DNA of 64,000 nucleotides from Candidatus Cloacimonadales bacterium. GTDB lineage: Bacteria > Cloacimonadota > Cloacimonadia > Cloacimonadales > JAIOQZ01. The DNA is taken from positions 1 to 64,000 of the forward strand of contig CAXXTU010000002.1 of assembly GCA_963662655.2 (NCBI GenBank), in the 5' to 3' direction. Both the position numbers and the translations under genes were made by a program. Position 1 is the first letter of the stretch. Every line of letters begins with the position of its first letter. This document shows positions 55,193-64,000 of the stretch, one piece after another. The notes beneath the pieces are model-generated. The model ran no database searches. It was given only the letters and a program-made list of their open reading frames with translations, and had not been told where the DNA came from.

Positions 55193-57145
55193 CTATTCGT
55201 CGTCAACGACCTCGAAGTCTGCGTCAACCGGACCATCCTGCTTGGGCTGTTCCTGCTGCGCTTGCTGTTGCGCCTGCTGTTGGAAGTCCTCCGGGCCTGG
55301 CTGTCCGCCACCGGCTTGCGCCTGTTCCTGCTGCATCTTCTGATACATGATTTCGCCGATCTTCTGTGCCTTCTTGGCGAGCTCGTCGCGTGCGGCTTCG
55401 AAGTCTTCCTTGCTCTGGCCTTTTTCGAGCTTCTCTTTCGCGACTTTGAGCGCTTCTTCGATGTTCTTCACATCGTCTTCGGTAAGCTGATCCTTGTATT
55501 CTTCCATGCTCTTTTCAGTGCTGAAGATCAGGGTGTCCAGCTCGTTACGGGCCGAGATGCTCTCTTTGCGCTTCTTGTCCTCGTCCGCGTGCGCTTCGGC
55601 GTCCTTGACCATGCGATCGATTTCTTCCTCGCTGAGGGAGCCCGTTCGTTCGATTTTGATCGATTGCTCTTTGCCGGTGCCCTTGTCCTTTGCGGAGACA
55701 TGCATGATGCCGTTGGCGTCGATGTCGAACGCGACTTCGATCTGCGGCATTCCGCGCGGAGCCGGTGCGATTCCAACGAGGTCGAAACGCCCCAGCGTGC
55801 GGTTGTCTTGCGCCATGGAGCGTTCGCCCTGGAGCACGTGGATCGAAACCGCCGTCTGGTTGTCTGCCGCGGTCGAGAATACCTGGCTCTTCTTGGTGGG
55901 GATGGTGGTGTTGCGCTGGATGAGCGCTGTCATCACGCCACCGAGCGTCTCGATACCCAGCGAAAGAGGGGTGACATCGAGAAGCAGAATATTGTCCAGA
56001 TTCTCGTCGCCGGCGAGGATACCGCCCTGGATCGCTGCGCCAACCGCGACAACTTCGTCCGGGTTCACGCTGCGGTTCGGCTTCTTGTTGAAGAATTTTT
56101 CCACCGCTTCCTGGACAGCCGGGATGCGCGTGCTTCCACCCACCAGGATCACTTCGTCGATCTCGCCGATGTTGAGACTGGCGTCGTTGAGTGCGCTCTG
56201 GCACGGGCGGATCGAGCGTTCGATGAGGTCGGCGACCATGCGGTTGAACTGCGCACGGCTGAGGTTCAGGTTCAGGTGCTTCGGGCCGGACGCGTCCGCC
56301 GTGATGAACGGCAGGTTGATGTCGGTGCTTTCGGTTCCCGAGAGTTCGATCTTGGCTTTCTCGGCAGCTTCTTTGAGTCGCTGCATTGCCATGGGATCGC
56401 CGGCGAGGTTAACGCCCTCGGCCTTCTTGAATTCTTCCACGATCCAGTCGATGATCTTCTTGTCGAAGTCGTCGCCGCCCAGATGGGTGTCGCCGTTGGT
56501 GGAGAGAACTTCCACCACGCCTTCCGCGATGTCGAGGATGGAGATATCGAATGTACCTCCGCCGAGGTCGTAAACCGCGACCTTCTCCTCTTTCTTGCTC
56601 TCGAGCCCGTAGGCGAGCGCTGCCGCCGTGGGTTCGTTGATGATGCGCTTCACATCGAGTCCGGCAATGCGTCCGGCGTCTTTGGTCGCCTGGCGTTGCG
56701 CATCGTTGAAGTATGCGGGAACGGTTACGACCGCTTCCTTGATTTCCTGCCCGAGGTAGGATTCGGCAGTCTCTTTCATCTTCTGAAGCACGAACGCCGA
56801 GATTTCCTGCGGGGTATATTCCTTTTTGGTGTTTTCGACGTACACGGTCGCTTCGCCGCTCTTGCCGCTTCGTACCGGGTAGCCGACGATCTCGATTTCC
56901 GAGCCTACTTCATTGATCTTGCGTCCAACAAAGCGTTTAATGGATGCGACTGTGTTTTTCGAATTGGTGATTGCCTGACGTTTCGCCAGCTGTCCCACCA
57001 GCCGCTGTCCGTCTTTGGAGAATCCAACCACCGAGGGAGTTGTGCGGTTTCCTTCCGCGTTGGTGATGACGACGGGTTTTCCACCTTCCATCACCGCTAC
57101 GCACGAGTTGGTCGTGCCCAGATCAATACCTATGATCTTTCCCAT
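55193..57145 (-). CDS. dnaK: Chaperone DnaK
   Basis: [37 protein letters not shown]. Confidence 0.99.
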   Translation of the reverse strand: MGKIIGIDLGTTNSCVAVMEGGKPVVITNAEGNRTTPSVVGFSKDGQRLVGQLAKRQAITNSKNTVASIKRFVGRKINEVGSEIEIVGYPVRSGKSGEATVYVENTKKEYTPQEISAFVLQKMKETAESYLGQEIKEAVVTVPAYFNDAQRQATKDAGRIAGLDVKRIINEPTAAALAYGLESKKEEKVAVYDLGGGTFDISILDIAEGVVEVLSTNGDTHLGGDDFDKKIIDWIVEEFKKAEGVNLAGDPMAMQRLKEAAEKAKIELSGTESTDINLPFITADASGPKHLNLNLSRAQFNRMVADLIERSIRPCQSALNDASLNIGEIDEVILVGGSTRIPAVQEAVEKFFNKKPNRSVNPDEVVAVGAAIQGGILAGDENLDNILLLDVTPLSLGIETLGGVMTALIQRNTTIPTKKSQVFSTAADNQTAVSIHVLQGERSMAQDNRTLGRFDLVGIAPAPRGMPQIEVAFDIDANGIMHVSAKDKGTGKEQSIKIERTGSLSEEEIDRMVKDAEAHADEDKKRKESISARNELDTLIFSTEKSMEEYKDQLTEDDVKNIEEALKVAKEKLEKGQSKEDFEAARDELAKKAQKIGEIMYQKMQQEQAQAGGGQPGPEDFQQQAQQQAQQEQPKQDGPVDADFEVVDDE

Positions 57146-57159
57146 GATTCATTCCTCCT

Positions 57160-57798
57160 TTATTTCTCTTCTTGATTATCTTTGGTTGCGTCGGCAGGCA
57201 TCTCGCCGTTCGACACGATCACCTTGGCCGGTCGGATCACGCGGTTGTTCATGATGTAGCCGGTTTGAATGACCTGGCTCACCATGTCCGCGTCGTACTC
57301 GGACGGCAGGTGCGCGATGGCGTCGTGGTACATCGGGTCGAATTCTTTTCCCAATGCCTCGATGCGCTCCACGCCTTCCCTCTTCAGGGTCGAAAGCATC
57401 TGCTGGTGGATCAATTCCACGCCCTTCAGGAAGCTGTCGAACTGGTGTTCCTGCTTGCCAGCGTCCAGGGCTCGCTCGAAGTTGTCGATCACTTCGCAAA
57501 TCTCAAGCACGAGCTGCTGGGTGGCGTTCTTGATCCACTGCGCGCGCTCTTCCGTGTTTCTCCTGCGGAAGTTCTCGAACTCTGCCAGGGTGCGCACGTA
57601 TTTGTCCTTGAGCAGTTGATTCTCGCGCCGAAGCACGGTCAACTCGTCTTCCTGCACAGCCTCTTCCTGCTGCCCGGAATCCGCGTCGGTCTCGTGCGAG
57701 ACCGGGATGTCGTTATCTTCTACCGGTTGGGTGACCTTTTTTTCCGCAGCTTTTTTCGCTTCTTCCTGCGGATCATGTTTCTTTTTATTTCTTGTCAT
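57160..57798 (-). CDS. grpE: Nucleotide exchange factor GrpE
   Basis: R..AEFENFRRR, DNFERAL, FDP..H.A, GY....V.RPA.V. Confidence 0.98.
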   Translation of the reverse strand: MTRNKKKHDPQEEAKKAAEKKVTQPVEDNDIPVSHETDADSGQQEEAVQEDELTVLRRENQLLKDKYVRTLAEFENFRRRNTEERAQWIKNATQQLVLEICEVIDNFERALDAGKQEHQFDSFLKGVELIHQQMLSTLKREGVERIEALGKEFDPMYHDAIAHLPSEYDADMVSQVIQTGYIMNNRVIRPAKVIVSNGEMPADATKDNQEEK

Positions 57799-58843
57799 AT
57801 CTCGGTACCATCATACCTTTCTTAGTAGTTTTCGTTATTGCCTGCGCGATATCCCGGATGATCGGTATGTTGCGCTCGTAGTTCATGCGTATGGGTGCCA
57901 GCACGCCGATAAATCCCGGCACGTCGAAAATCTCGTACCGAGAGAACACCAGCGCGACATCGTTGTATGCCGGATGTCCCAAATCCTCGCCGATCAGCAC
58001 ATGGAAGTCGAACTTCGAATCCTGCCGCTCCATGACATCGATCAGGAAGTCCTGCTGCTGCATCAGGTTCAGGAAACGCAGGATGTTGTGCTTCTCGTTG
58101 AACTCCGGGTGCTCCAGGAACGTGATGTTGCTGTCGAAATGGATGAAATAGCTGCTGATCTCGATCATCACCTTGTGGAGCTCCCTAAGGAAGATCGAGA
58201 GCAGGTAGTTCTCCGTCCCTTCTTCGTTATCCAGATGCTCCAGGTAGTGATGCAGGATGTCGTATATTCGCTGCCCCATCAGCTCGTCGTTCGCGTAGCG
58301 AACCAGTACCCTGAGCTGTTGCTCCGTCAGATCGTAGTCCGTGTTGAGGATCACGGTCTTGTCCAGGCCCGAGCTCAAGCTCACCACGAAAAGCAGCTTC
58401 TGCTTGCCGATGCGGAACACCTCGAGTCGCTTGAGAAAACCGTAGGATATCTCCGGCTCCGCCACGAAGCTGAGTTGATCCGTCTCTTTCGCCAGCAGCC
58501 GCATGATATAGTGCAGCGTTTGGGGCGTATCCCGAAAATTCTTCACGATGAAATCGCGAACCAGGTGAGTCTTGTCATACTGCGAACGCGTCAGATCCCG
58601 CGAGATCATCTTCAAATACCGGCGGAAGCCTAGCGTCGTCGGGATTCTTCCTGCTGACGTGTGCGGCTGGAAGATGAGGTTACGTTTCTCAAGCTTGTGT
58701 AAATCAATGCGAACAGTGGCCGGACTTACATCGGGCACGTACTTCTTGCATAGCAAGCCCGATGAAACCGTCTCGTTTGTATGGATGAACTCCGATACGA
58801 GGGCTCGCAGCACGATTCCTTCGCGGATTTCATTCTTTTTCAT
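57785..58843 (-). CDS. hrcA: Heat-inducible repressor HrcA
   Basis: VSPATVR.DL..LE, QPHTSAGRIPT, GVLAP.RMNY; first gene of the dnaK operon. Confidence 0.95.
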   Translation of the reverse strand: MKKNEIREGIVLRALVSEFIHTNETVSSGLLCKKYVPDVSPATVRIDLHKLEKRNLIFQPHTSAGRIPTTLGFRRYLKMISRDLTRSQYDKTHLVRDFIVKNFRDTPQTLHYIMRLLAKETDQLSFVAEPEISYGFLKRLEVFRIGKQKLLFVVSLSSGLDKTVILNTDYDLTEQQLRVLVRYANDELMGQRIYDILHHYLEHLDNEEGTENYLLSIFLRELHKVMIEISSYFIHFDSNITFLEHPEFNEKHNILRFLNLMQQQDFLIDVMERQDSKFDFHVLIGEDLGHPAYNDVALVFSRYEIFDVPGFIGVLAPIRMNYERNIPIIRDIAQAITKTTKKGMMVPRYDKK

Positions 58844-58873
58844 ACGATTAGCTCCTGTATCTCTTGATTTTAT

Positions 58874-58900
58874 TTAGCAGCACATCGCTTCGACTGCTAA
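58874..58900 (-). promoter_or_regulatory. CIRCE element 1
   Basis: Minus strand TTAGCAGTC-N9-TGCTGCTAA vs consensus TTAGCACTC-N9-GAGTGCTAA. Confidence 0.85.
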
Positions 58901-58909
58901 TTCGACAAC

Positions 58910-58938
58910 AAGATAATATTGAGCCCTGAAATTGTCAA
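58910..58938 (-). promoter_or_regulatory. sigma70 promoter of the hrcA operon
   Basis: TTGACA-17 bp-TATCTT on the minus strand. Confidence 0.8.
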
Positions 58939-58958
58939 ACGAATTCTTTGAGTGCTAA
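58932..58958 (-). promoter_or_regulatory. CIRCE element 2, overlapping the -35 box
   Basis: Minus strand TTAGCACTC-N9-GTTTGACAA. Confidence 0.75.
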
Positions 58959-59011
58959 CTTTTCCTCCGGCGGGTCTCTCGTTAACCACTCGATCACTAC
59001 GTATAACTGCC

Positions 59012-59160
59012 CGAAATGCGCTCGCAATAAGGGTGGGTGGGAACCGACTCGCGATTGGCGAGGGATTTGCCTTTTGCGGCTTCTGCGTGTAGCAGAAACG
59101 AAAAGCAAATCCCATGACAATCGTCGAGGCGGGGACCTTTGAAAATACGAGCGCATTTCG
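59012..59160. ncRNA. Candidate structured RNA: long hairpin with central bubble (6S-like shape)
   Basis: 13-bp perfect closing stem CGAAATGCGCTCG/CGAGCGCATTTCG, ~20-nt unpaired bubble on each side, long interrupted apical stem. Confidence 0.4.
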
Positions 59161-59274
59161 TCAATGCACGATAATTGACATGTACACCAATGGGCTCAGT
59201 AAGATATCCTGCTTTGTTCTGAAAACAAGTATGATCGGGGTGTCAATCGGTTGTTTCCCAAATAGTTGTCCGCT

Positions 59275-59300
59275 GTGTCATCCTGAGCGGAGTCGAAGGA
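59275..59300. repeat. REP-like family 3 copy
   Basis: GTGTCATCCTGAGCGGAGTCGAAGGA, the exact reverse complement of 55005-55030. Confidence 0.88.
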
Positions 59301-59468
59301 CATAAAGGGGACAACGCCTTTCAGCAGGTAAAGAGTAAGCAGCATAAACAATAATGGGGTGTACAAATAACCCTTTCAAGCTTGACAGAGAAAGCCGATG
59401 AGATATTAAAGCTTAAAGGCTGTGATTCGTTACAGGATCGCACCCCACAAAGATTCAAGAGGTTTGTA

Positions 59469-59675
59469 ATGGATTGCGAAATGAAAGAAAGGAATGCGTC
59501 GAACTGCAATTGTACGTATCCGTGCTCGAAGAAAGGCAATTGCTGTGCTTGCATTTCCTATCATCGAAGCATGGGAGAACTCCCCGCCTGCTATTTCCCC
59601 GATAAATACGAAAAGACATACAATCGCTCGATTGAATACTTCGTTGAGTTGTTCAACGAAGGCAAAATACACTAA
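59469..59675 (+). CDS. Small Cys-rich protein (DUF6485-like)
   Basis: [20 protein letters not shown]...LPACYF. Confidence 0.8.
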   Translation: MDCEMKERNASNCNCTYPCSKKGNCCACISYHRSMGELPACYFPDKYEKTYNRSIEYFVELFNEGKIH

Positions 59676-59691
59676 TACTGGAAGAGATAGA

Positions 59692-60909
59692 ATGGAAAAT
59701 CAGAACGAAATATTCGCTTCCATCGAGGAAGCGCTCGAAGATATCAAAGCCGGAATGCTCCTCGTTGTCGTAGATGATCCGGACCGTGAGAATGAGGGAG
59801 ACCTCGTCTGCTCGGCCGAGTTGATAACGCCCGAGACCGTGAACTTCATGATCAGCAAGGGCAAGGGTTTGCTCTGCGCGCCAATGTCGGTTGAAGTGGC
59901 GCAGCGCCTCGATCTGAACATGATGACGGATAGGAACACGGAGAAGCATGGGACGAAATTCACGATCTCCGTGGATGCAAAAGAGGGGACTACGACCGGG
60001 ATCTCCGCCGGTGATCGCTACAGAACCGTGACGAGGCTGGCCGATCCGGATTCGAAGCCGGAAGATTTCGCTCGCCCGGGGCACATCTTTCCGCTTGTCG
60101 CGGAGCCGGGTGGCGTGTTGAAGCGCACGGGGCACACGGAAGCGGTCGTTGACCTGATGAAACTCGCAGGCTTGAAACCGGCAGGCGCGTTGGTCGAAAT
60201 CATCAAGGACGATGGTGAAATGGCTCGCCTGCCCGATCTGATTCCGTATGCGAAAGAGCATGGACTCAAGATCATCACCATACAGCATCTCATCGAGTAC
60301 CGGCGCAAGAAAGAGAAGCTCATTCGAAAGGCGTCCGAGGCGAAGCTTCCCACAATGTACGGCGACTTCAATATCATCACCTACGAGAGTACCGTTTCCG
60401 ACGAGTATCATCTCGCGCTTGTCAAAGGTGATGTGTCGGGCGAAGAAGATGTGCTGGTGCGCGTCCATTCGGAGTGCCTTACCGGCGACGCGCTGTTCTC
60501 CATGCGTTGCGATTGTGGAATGCAGCTCGAAAACGCCTTCCGCATGATCGAAAAAGAGGGTAAAGGCGTTATTCTGTACATGAAGCAGGAAGGCCGTGGA
60601 ATTGGTCTCCTGAACAAGATCAAGGCATATCATTTACAGGATCACGGTAAGGATACGGTGGAGGCCAACGTTGAACTGGGTTTCATGCCTGACCTTCGCG
60701 ATTACGGTATCGGGGCACAGATTCTTGTCGATCTCGGACTGCACACGATTCGCCTTTTAACCAACAATCCGAAAAAATTAATTGCCTTGGAAGGATACGG
60801 ACTTAAAATTAACAAGCGGGTTCCGATCGAAATTCCCCCGCATGAAGAGAATCTGAAGTATCTGAAAACCAAAAAGGAGAAGATGGGACACCTTCTCGAC
60901 AAAGTGTAA
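59692..60909 (+). CDS. ribBA: Bifunctional DHBP synthase / GTP cyclohydrolase II
   Basis: [46 protein letters not shown]. Confidence 0.98.
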   Translation: MENQNEIFASIEEALEDIKAGMLLVVVDDPDRENEGDLVCSAELITPETVNFMISKGKGLLCAPMSVEVAQRLDLNMMTDRNTEKHGTKFTISVDAKEGTTTGISAGDRYRTVTRLADPDSKPEDFARPGHIFPLVAEPGGVLKRTGHTEAVVDLMKLAGLKPAGALVEIIKDDGEMARLPDLIPYAKEHGLKIITIQHLIEYRRKKEKLIRKASEAKLPTMYGDFNIITYESTVSDEYHLALVKGDVSGEEDVLVRVHSECLTGDALFSMRCDCGMQLENAFRMIEKEGKGVILYMKQEGRGIGLLNKIKAYHLQDHGKDTVEANVELGFMPDLRDYGIGAQILVDLGLHTIRLLTNNPKKLIALEGYGLKINKRVPIEIPPHEENLKYLKTKKEKMGHLLDKV

Positions 60910-60912
60910 GAG

Positions 60913-61506
60913 GTGATTGTGATTTTTTTTAAAGCGTTTATTCTCCTGATCATGAACGTGCTGGCCGGTTTTGTACTGGTTCAGCCGGTAAGGCTTTTCA
61001 TCTTCTTCCCGAAACGGCAACTCTTCTTCTTCGGGAAGCCAGTGCCTTTTACTCCGAGCTACATTCGCAGAAAGCGGGACTGGTTTTTCGAACGGGTGAA
61101 TTACTGGGTAACGTACTATCTCGAGAATGCCGCCAATAAAAAAGATCGATCTTCCCGGCTTTATGATTGGGAGAAACGCGTATACGACGAGACTTGGGAC
61201 AAGCTTGCGGGTGTCATGAACATGCGGTATGTTCCGGTTGCGGTCAAGACGAAGATACGAGAGATACTTGCGTTATTCGTGTTTGAGTTTGCCCGGCATT
61301 TTCTGCGCGGATTCGTCCCGTTCCTGGTCAAAAAATACAATCTGACCTCTTATATCGATCTGGTTGCGGCTAAAGCCGATGTCGATATGGTGCTCCACTA
61401 TTTCGATAAATACTTCCACCGCTATGTTACGTGGTTCATGGTGGGACTCGGTTTCATCATCGGCATGTTCAATTTCGTGATTTACCTGTTGCTACAACTG
61501 TTTTAG
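60913..61506 (+). CDS. Hypothetical membrane protein (DUF445-like layout)
   Basis: N- and C-terminal TM segments; LF.P......G...PFTP motif. Confidence 0.65.
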   Translation: MIVIFFKAFILLIMNVLAGFVLVQPVRLFIFFPKRQLFFFGKPVPFTPSYIRRKRDWFFERVNYWVTYYLENAANKKDRSSRLYDWEKRVYDETWDKLAGVMNMRYVPVAVKTKIREILALFVFEFARHFLRGFVPFLVKKYNLTSYIDLVAAKADVDMVLHYFDKYFHRYVTWFMVGLGFIIGMFNFVIYLLLQLF

Positions 61507-61647
61507 CTGTGCGGGTTCGCACATGAATGTCTCGATTACGTTCATGGAGAAATCGAAGATTGTCCGCAGGAAAAGCGTTTACGGCGTGTCTTGAATTGGT
61601 ATAAGAAATGCAAAAAAAAGAAGCGAAGAAAGGAGAACGCTGAATAT

Positions 61648-62898
61648 ATGAAGAAATTTTTTGTCGCCCTCATGCTCATAAGCGCAGTCGCTATAATGTT
61701 TGCGCAGGAATACACGCTTGACCAACTGATCGAGAACGGCCTCGAACAGGTTACCGCTATTCGTCAGCAGAAGCTGAGTCACAGCAACAGCAAATCGAAT
61801 CTTACTTCGAGCGCTTTGGATTTGTTGCTCCCCGACGCGTCGGTATCGGCGGGTAGAAGCAACACTCGCGGAGATTACAGCAATAACGCTGGTTTGAGTA
61901 TATCGAAGTCTCTTTCGATCAACGAACCGACTTATTTCAGTTTGAAAGAATCGATTATCTCCATGAAGAATGCCGATTATTCATGGGACGCGATCCGCAA
62001 GAGCGTCGCGTACGAGATTTTCTCTCGATACATCGATGTGCTCGAGGCGGAGAAGAATCTGGAGATTCTCAAGGAACAGCACAAGCTCCAGGAGAAGGTC
62101 TACGACCAGACGAACACGCTTTATCAGAGCAATCGTAAAACCATGCTCGATCTCAGGCAGAGCGAGATTGCGCTTCTGAATGCCCAGATATCCGTTCGTG
62201 ACGGTGAAAACCAGCTGCAGAAGAATCGCGAGAATCTTTTCGATTACCTCAATATGGATGACCATGGGTTTAAACTGTCCGATACGACGGTCGAGGTGAG
62301 CTCTCCCGAGGACATCGAATACGATGATCCTCTCGACGTGCGCATCATGAAGAACAACATCAGCATCATGAAAAGCAATCTTACGCACCAGTGGCTCAAT
62401 TTCTTCCCTGATGTTTCTGCATCGTGGAGTTATAGTTATTCATTCAGTCCGGACGACGAGACCTATAACGATATATCGGATTGGGACGAGTACGATGATT
62501 CGTATACAATTGGTTTAACGGCGTCTTACTCGCTTTACAAGCTGCTCGAACATGGATTTGTATACAAGAGAGCCAGAAACAACCTGACTTCCAGCCAGCT
62601 TGATCTGGAAGATACCATTGATGCCGATAAGCTCGAGCTCAAGCAATTGAAGCAGGACTGGCAAACGCTTAATGAGACATGGGAAATTTCGCAACGAGCC
62701 AATCAGCTTGCTCAGGAAAATTTGACAATGGCAGAAGAGAAGTTCCGGCTGGGGATGCTTAACTTACTAGATCTGGATAACGCTCGTATCGATTATTTCA
62801 ACGCGCAGCAAACCTTGAACACCAAGCACTATAACCTGCTCAAGAAACAGGAGGAGATCAATTTGCTCCTCTCCCGTGAAATCCTCGGGAAGTGGTAG
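61648..62898 (+). CDS. TolC-family outer membrane efflux protein
   Basis: Signal peptide; two helical/beta repeats; A.ENL.MA.EKFRLG....LDL..A. Confidence 0.88.
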   Translation: MKKFFVALMLISAVAIMFAQEYTLDQLIENGLEQVTAIRQQKLSHSNSKSNLTSSALDLLLPDASVSAGRSNTRGDYSNNAGLSISKSLSINEPTYFSLKESIISMKNADYSWDAIRKSVAYEIFSRYIDVLEAEKNLEILKEQHKLQEKVYDQTNTLYQSNRKTMLDLRQSEIALLNAQISVRDGENQLQKNRENLFDYLNMDDHGFKLSDTTVEVSSPEDIEYDDPLDVRIMKNNISIMKSNLTHQWLNFFPDVSASWSYSYSFSPDDETYNDISDWDEYDDSYTIGLTASYSLYKLLEHGFVYKRARNNLTSSQLDLEDTIDADKLELKQLKQDWQTLNETWEISQRANQLAQENLTMAEEKFRLGMLNLLDLDNARIDYFNAQQTLNTKHYNLLKKQEEINLLLSREILGKW

Positions 62899-62920
62899 TC
62901 GGATATTAGAACAACCTTTC

Positions 62921-62955
62921 GCCCCTGCTCGAAATGAGCGGGGGCTTTTTTTTTT
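62921..62955 (+). terminator. Intrinsic terminator
   Basis: GCCCCTGCTC-GAAAT-GAGCGGGGGC-T10. Confidence 0.88.
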
Positions 62956-62991
62956 CGGGATGCGTTCGCTTGATGTGAGTTTGTTGCTTCC

Positions 62992-63158
62992 CGCAGGGCG
63001 GGGGACGGCGTTGAAATCCAATCGCCCGGCACAAAACCCGCGATGCATCGCTTGCAGCATTTCCCCGCGCGACTTGTGCCGGGCTGGATATGGATTTCCT
63101 GGAACAACGGATGTTGTTCCGGTGCGCGGAGCGCACAACGCCGTCCCCCGCCCGTGCG
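62992..63158. repeat. Four-way-junction element (family 2), copy 2
   Basis: 17-bp perfect closing stem 62996-63012/63137-63153, two internal stems, GTGCGCGGAGCGCAC at 63122-63136. Confidence 0.8.
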
Positions 63159-63269
63159 TGCGTCGAGCAAATTCCAGACTGTTTTCTAGAAAAAATCAAT
63201 TTTTCTTGTACTCATTTCATATTGATATGCGTTCATAAAAAACATTTTCCCAGTGGACATGGGTCTCCT

Positions 63270-63310
63270 AAAAATGAAACCCATCCTGAAGCTTCAAGAT
63301 GGGTTCTTTT
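63270..63310. terminator. Probable bidirectional terminator
   Basis: AACCCATCCTGAAG/CTTCAAGATGGGTT stem with A- and T-rich flanks. Confidence 0.6.
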
Positions 63311-63326
63311 TATATCGTTGGGAAGA

Positions 63327-64000
63327 TTATTCGATGCTTTCCACAACCTTGGTGTAGAAAGTAAGGCCGCTGGCTGATCCGAAATAGCCGTAGCCGTTGT
63401 GGATGCCGCCGTATTCGAAGTTGCTGTCCGGTTTGTACTGGTAGTGATAGAAATTATCGTCCACGCTGTAAACGGATATCCGGTAGCGACCGAAGAACAC
63501 GAGGGTTCCCTGGTAGGATGAATTGAATACCCTGTATCCGCCTTCACCGTTTTCTTCAGGAAGGTACTCGCCGATAAAGCTGAGCAAGCGGGGATAGTGA
63601 TCCGCCGGATCGTCGTAATCCACTTCTTCTTCAAAGGTGTCTTCTCCGAATATCGGTTTTACCATGCGAACTTCGTCCCATTCCTCGAGGCAGTAGTACT
63701 TGAGGTACAGGAAAACCGGGTCGCCGTCGGTTGTGTTGATGATCATCGGATGCTCCTCGCCGGCGGTTTCCCACACGAGTTGGTAAGCGTCAACCGAGTC
63801 TTCGTACGCCGTGAAACAGGTGTCCATATCGATGGTCACGCCCTTTGGAATGGTTGTTGTGGCCCATACCGTGTCGATAACGGTCGAGTCCATCGCGCTC
63901 GGTACTCTCGCCTCGATACGATAGGTGTGCGTGGCCTGCGGTACGAGATTCTCGTTGTAGTAGCCGAAATGCAACGTTTCGAAGTCGATACCGAACTGAA
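63327..64000 (-). CDS. DUF4249-like outer-membrane/lipoprotein, 5'-partial
   Basis: Frame open to the window edge; A.TTIP, SVDDNFYHY, GIHNGYGYFGS. Confidence 0.7.
   Translation of the reverse strand, partial: QFGIDFETLHFGYYNENLVPQATHTYRIEARVPSAMDSTVIDTVWATTTIPKGVTIDMDTCFTAYEDSVDAYQLVWETAGEEHPMIINTTDGDPVFLYLKYYCLEEWDEVRMVKPIFGEDTFEEEVDYDDPADHYPRLLSFIGEYLPEENGEGGYRVFNSSYQGTLVFFGRYRISVYSVDDNFYHYQYKPDSNFEYGGIHNGYGYFGSASGLTFYTKVVESIE

Noticed and set aside
55112..57175. 687-aa ORF antisense to dnaK
   Set aside because: Long antisense frames opposite dnaK are a known by-product of codon bias; it fully overlaps a conserved gene.
59000..59460. FMN riboswitch upstream of ribBA
   Set aside because: The conserved RFN sequence blocks are not recognisable.
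10345..64000. Apparent abundance of TCGA/ATCGAT/CGATCG words
   Set aside because: Plausibly explained by C-ending codons followed by GAN codons; it cannot be called enrichment without a codon-aware count.
1..64000. tRNA or rRNA genes
   Set aside because: None recognised; the cloverleaf-like family-2 elements lack D/T-loop motifs and have oversized arms.

Overview
Bacterial chromosome segment, most likely Candidatus Cloacimonadota (FCB group). This is inferred from the secreted peptidases with YPNPFNP/FlgD-type C-termini, a gingipain, LptD and split gcvPA/gcvPB. Bases 1-10344 are the right part of a GC-rich, probably defective prophage. It contains a PBSX-like portal end (apparent frameshift), an XkdF-like protease-capsid fusion, a tail tube, and a tail chaperone with a T-TTT-TTC slippery site whose -1 frame runs directly into an N6-adenine DNA methyltransferase. 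A second, truncated methyltransferase follows, then an AT-rich B12/radical-SAM cargo gene flanked by 9-bp direct repeats where the tape measure gene would be expected, and then distal tail/fibre genes. The prophage ends in nine copies of a TTGCCA-N6/7-TGA(T/G)AC-like motif and the terminus ...TTTATACA (TGTATAAA on the minus strand). This is the architecture of a Mu/Tn7-type DDE transposon end, so it is probably a transposable phage with a non-Mu head module. The rest is host DNA: a redox operon, malQ, two TPR-HisKA proteins lacking an ATPase domain, an SBP/HDOD/MBL/K+ channel/cNMP cluster, MATE, NYN, lepA, an ABC permease, gcvPA/B, nadE, two M14 carboxypeptidases, a C25 gingipain, lptD, gmhB, rsmE, hrcA-grpE-dnaK-dnaJ with CIRCE sites, ribBA and a TolC-family gene. 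Host intergenic regions carry three families of structured repeats: four covarying long hairpins, two four-way-junction elements and a GTCATCCTGAGCGGAGTCGAAGGA REP-like family. There is also a 6S-like hairpin. All calls come from reading the sequence; no searches were run.
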